A DNA stretch of 64,000 nucleotides from Eledone cirrhosa (lineage: Eukaryota): positions 348,998,001 to 349,062,000 of the forward strand of contig OZ024743.1 in NCBI GenBank assembly GCA_964016885.1. The letters are read 5' to 3'. Positions 60,180 to 64,000 of the stretch are shown here, one piece after another. Position 1 is the first letter of the stretch. The number at the start of each line of letters is the position of its first letter. The notes under the pieces were generated by a model. It worked only from the letters and a program-made list of their open reading frames with translations, did not search any database and was not told where the DNA came from. A program made the translations under genes and the position numbers.

Positions 60180-60892
60180 CACCTATGACCACATTTAAGC
60201 GCGCCCGTAATCTCCACGACCTCCTGGTGCGTAGTTCCTTCCCGTCCTGTCCTACGACTCTACCCGGCTCTCATCCTTGTTCTTGCCTGCTGTAACACCC
60301 GTCCCTTCATTTCCAGCCTCACCACTCTCACAGGAACCAACGGTTCATACCGTATTTGCCTTTTCTTCACCTGCACATCCACCCACGTTTTCTCTGCCCT
60401 CCTGTGTTCACTTGTGGGTCCTTTAACATCGGACAAACATGATGCCGTTTGGCGGACTATTATGCTGTACATTTGAGGGACAGACGACTCGGTATGGATA
60501 CTCCCGTCACCCGTCATTTCCGTTCCCTCGGTAACTCTTCCCTATATTTTTCAGTCTTTGTGTCATTTTACATCACGAATCACAGGCCGTGCGCACCAGG
60601 ATTGAACAGAGCCTGGTTCTCCGCCTTGGGTCTGTTTCCCTCATGGACTAAACTCCTCTCCCCAATGTCTTTAATATTACACTTATACGTTCGTGCTTAC
60701 TTCTCCAGCCTCTGCTCCGTAACCTTTACCCCGTCCGTTATTTCACATGCGCTTGTACATTCACCACTAGATTCCTACGGATTTCATATGGTTAGAAACA
60801 TAAACATATGCTCTTACAGCTAGTACAGACCAATTAAATACGCACATACACCTCAACTTTTCCCTTCACAACTCTGTACACACACACATACG

Positions 60893-60932
<40 letters not shown>

Positions 60933-61420
60933 CACACACACACACACAGACACACACACACACATTCACTCACTTATGAAACATACATTTGAATACAGTT
61001 TCGTACTTACAAGCACAGACAAACTCTTTTACTTACTTATACACACACATATCCGCTTAGATTCAGACACACACACACACACACACGTATAGCTCTATAT
61101 ACAAACCGTTTTTTTTTCCCCATTTCAGATACACGCGTTCAATCATCCACTTTTCTAAAATGTATATCTTACACAAAACACCAGCATCAACAGTTTTCCA
61201 AGAGATGGCAACATGAATGAACCTGTTACCTTTCTCTAATTTTTTTTTCGATCCCGTCCTGCCCATCCCTTCAATCTTTCTAATTTCTCATTCTTTCTTC
61301 TCAGGAAACCATAGCGTCCGAAACGTTAAGACCCTCTTCCTGCTATTTCAAGAGTTAAACTAATATATTCCTTCCATATGCTGTACGGGTTGTCTTGTTA
61401 TTTTTGTGTAACTTTTAGAC
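60180..61420 (+). mobile_element. Neptune-type PLE 3' part (GIY-YIG + pLTR family C), decayed
   Basis: PMTTFKRARNLHDLLVRS..FFTCTSTHV..IGQT*CRLADYYAVHLRD..TPVTRHF; ends with the family C repeat (gcgtccgaaacgttaagaccc) running into (CA)n. Confidence 0.75.
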
Positions 61421-61943
61421 ACACACACACATACACCCCCTCCACACACACACACACAATTTTAATATATATATATATATATATATAGTTATGTAATAAA
61501 CAACATAAGGCAATTATTTCATTTACCAGTGGTTTCTTAAAAGCAAACAAATTTTGCTTTCAATCATCAGAATGAAAAAAATCCTGGTGTATTTATTGGT
61601 ATTGGATTTTAAAAACAAAAATATAATCTATATGAAAGTGAGGTTGGAAAAGGAAGAAGGAAATGAAAAATAAACACACATGCAAACACACACATACACA
61701 CACACAATTATATACATACACATATATATATATACATACGCACATACATACACACACATATACACACACATACACACATATATATATGTGTATATATTTA
61801 CACACACATACACACACATATATATGTGTATATATATACACATACATATACACATACATACACACATACTTATCAATATATCCATACATACACATACATA
61901 CAAGTACAGAAACGTGCATACACACACACACACATATACATGC

Positions 61944-61974
<31 letters not shown>

Positions 61975-62013
61975 AACATATATATACATACATACACACA
62001 CATACAGATATAT

Positions 62014-62064
<51 letters not shown>

Positions 62065-62557
62065 CATATGGTGGCTGCCAACTCGTTTTCGAGTACGGCC
62101 ACTACTTTATATCCATGTAGGAGAACCCCTATCGATACGCTGAACGAGTGCAACTTTTTAGTCCAGCCAGTGACTTGAAAACTCTGGTACAAACACTACA
62201 CTTGTGACAATTATAGACACATAGTGCTGGGCCCAAGGTACCATGTGACGACAAGTGCAGAGAGATCTTCAGATATAAAACAATGCCTGTGCCGTGAAGC
62301 TTTTATAGTGAGCAAAGGGACTGCACAAAGCCAGTCCCACTCTCTTAACCAAGATGATATTTACCAAAAAGAAGAACAAGTCAACATCATTGGATACTAT
62401 CAGGTTTGCATGTGTTATATCAGATTTTTTCTTCTCCTAGAATTCTGCCTTGACAAAGGCTAAGGGGTCATCTCTCCCGGTGATTTTGGATGGCCATTGA
62501 CTCTTAAGAGCTCCTTTGCCCTTTGACAGGTATTGTTTTTAGTCCTGCAGGATGTCC

Positions 62558-62603
62558 AAAGTCACCCTCCTCACCAAGAAACCTTGGTGAGGAGGGTGAC
62601 TTT
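62558..62603. repeat. Perfect 21-bp hairpin
   Basis: aaagtcaccctcctcaccaag-aaac-cttggtgaggagggtgacttt. Confidence 0.9.
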
Positions 62604-63018
62604 ACATATATACATACACATACATACACACAATCATACATATATATACACACGTGCATGCATACACATACATACACACATATATACACACATACATACG
62701 CATGCACTAATATAGAAACATGTACACACACCTACATACTCACTCACACAAATAAATATAAAAAATATATATATAATAATAAAAATACCGTCACATAAGA
62801 ATAAAACAAATAAAAATGTTGATAGCGATACAGGTAATAAATAAATGAACAAACACACGTGGTAAGCAATACACACAATTGCACGTACACATACATACGT
62901 AAAAATAAATACATACACACACACTCTCACACATACACATACATATACAAATACATATACACATACATTCGCATACACATATACATACACACACATATAA
63001 ATATATACACACACATAC

Positions 63019-63111
<93 letters not shown>

Positions 63112-63278
63112 CATATCCATACATACATACACATACATAAACATACATATCACAATCACATACATACAAATACAAACACACACATATGTATGTGTGTAAA
63201 ACTCATTCTTAATAATATTCATATGAACCTTGTTTAACTCTAAAATATATATATATACATACACATATATACATATAC

Positions 63279-63309
<31 letters not shown>

Positions 63310-64000
63310 CCTACACACACATATACATACACATACTTATGCAAACGTACATACACACACACACACATATAATTATATATATATATAAGAAAAAACATAA
63401 ATATTATATATATACATATTGTATATATAAAAATAAAAATAAAAATACAAATAAAAGTTGGGAATACGACAAATAATTAATAAAAAAATAATTAGACGAG
63501 GGTATAAATGTTTATAGCTGGTTTAGAGAACTCAACAAGTTCCTGGAGCAAATGATCAATGAAAATAAGCATTAAATCAATGTATGTAATTATGCATATA
63601 CATACACACATACAAATACATATATATATATATACATATATATACATACACACACACAACCACAGAAATACACTCACACATACATATATGTATATATATA
63701 TAAACACACATAGGAAAAAGTTTGACCCCACGGCAGATCTCAAGCCGTTTCTGAGGCTATTATATATATACGCACAAAACCATTTTAAAAAATACATATA
63801 CACCCACAAATATACACACGCCCACGCACACACATAAAATATATATATACACAAAACCATACACACATATATATACATATATATATATACCTATATATAT
63901 ATATATATACACATATACATATATATACACACACACACAAATACAACAGAAGCATATAATATACAATTATTTATACATATGCATATACATACAGATAAAT

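Overview
Eukaryotic, AT-rich, microsatellite-dense DNA with (TA)n, (CA)n, (GA)n, (TAG)n and (ATAC)n tracts. The repeat landscape and SINE family suggest a coleoid cephalopod, probably Octopus (inference). No intact host protein-coding gene is recognisable; the window is almost entirely transposon-derived. It holds two decayed copies of a Tx1/L1-type LINE (1-4310, ~12107-17845), a Penelope-like element (PLE) with RT and GIY-YIG (8121-11966), further PLE remnants (~29.3-29.8 kb, ~60.2-61.4 kb), a decayed autonomous Helitron (~43141-49249) plus a probable non-autonomous one, RTE and R4/Dong/NeSL-type LINE fragments, and about 8 near-complete copies of a tRNA-derived SINE. The most striking unannotated signal is at least 8 well-formed and about 7 degenerate type I hammerhead ribozyme (HHR) motifs from 6 or more distinct families. 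Most lie in short asymmetric palindromic (foldback) insertions in (TA)n microsatellites sharing one architecture: two head-to-head arms, 3' ends pointing outward, an HHR or remnant on each strand, one arm carrying an extra 3' tail. All alignments and folds were done by eye, and element boundaries are approximate.
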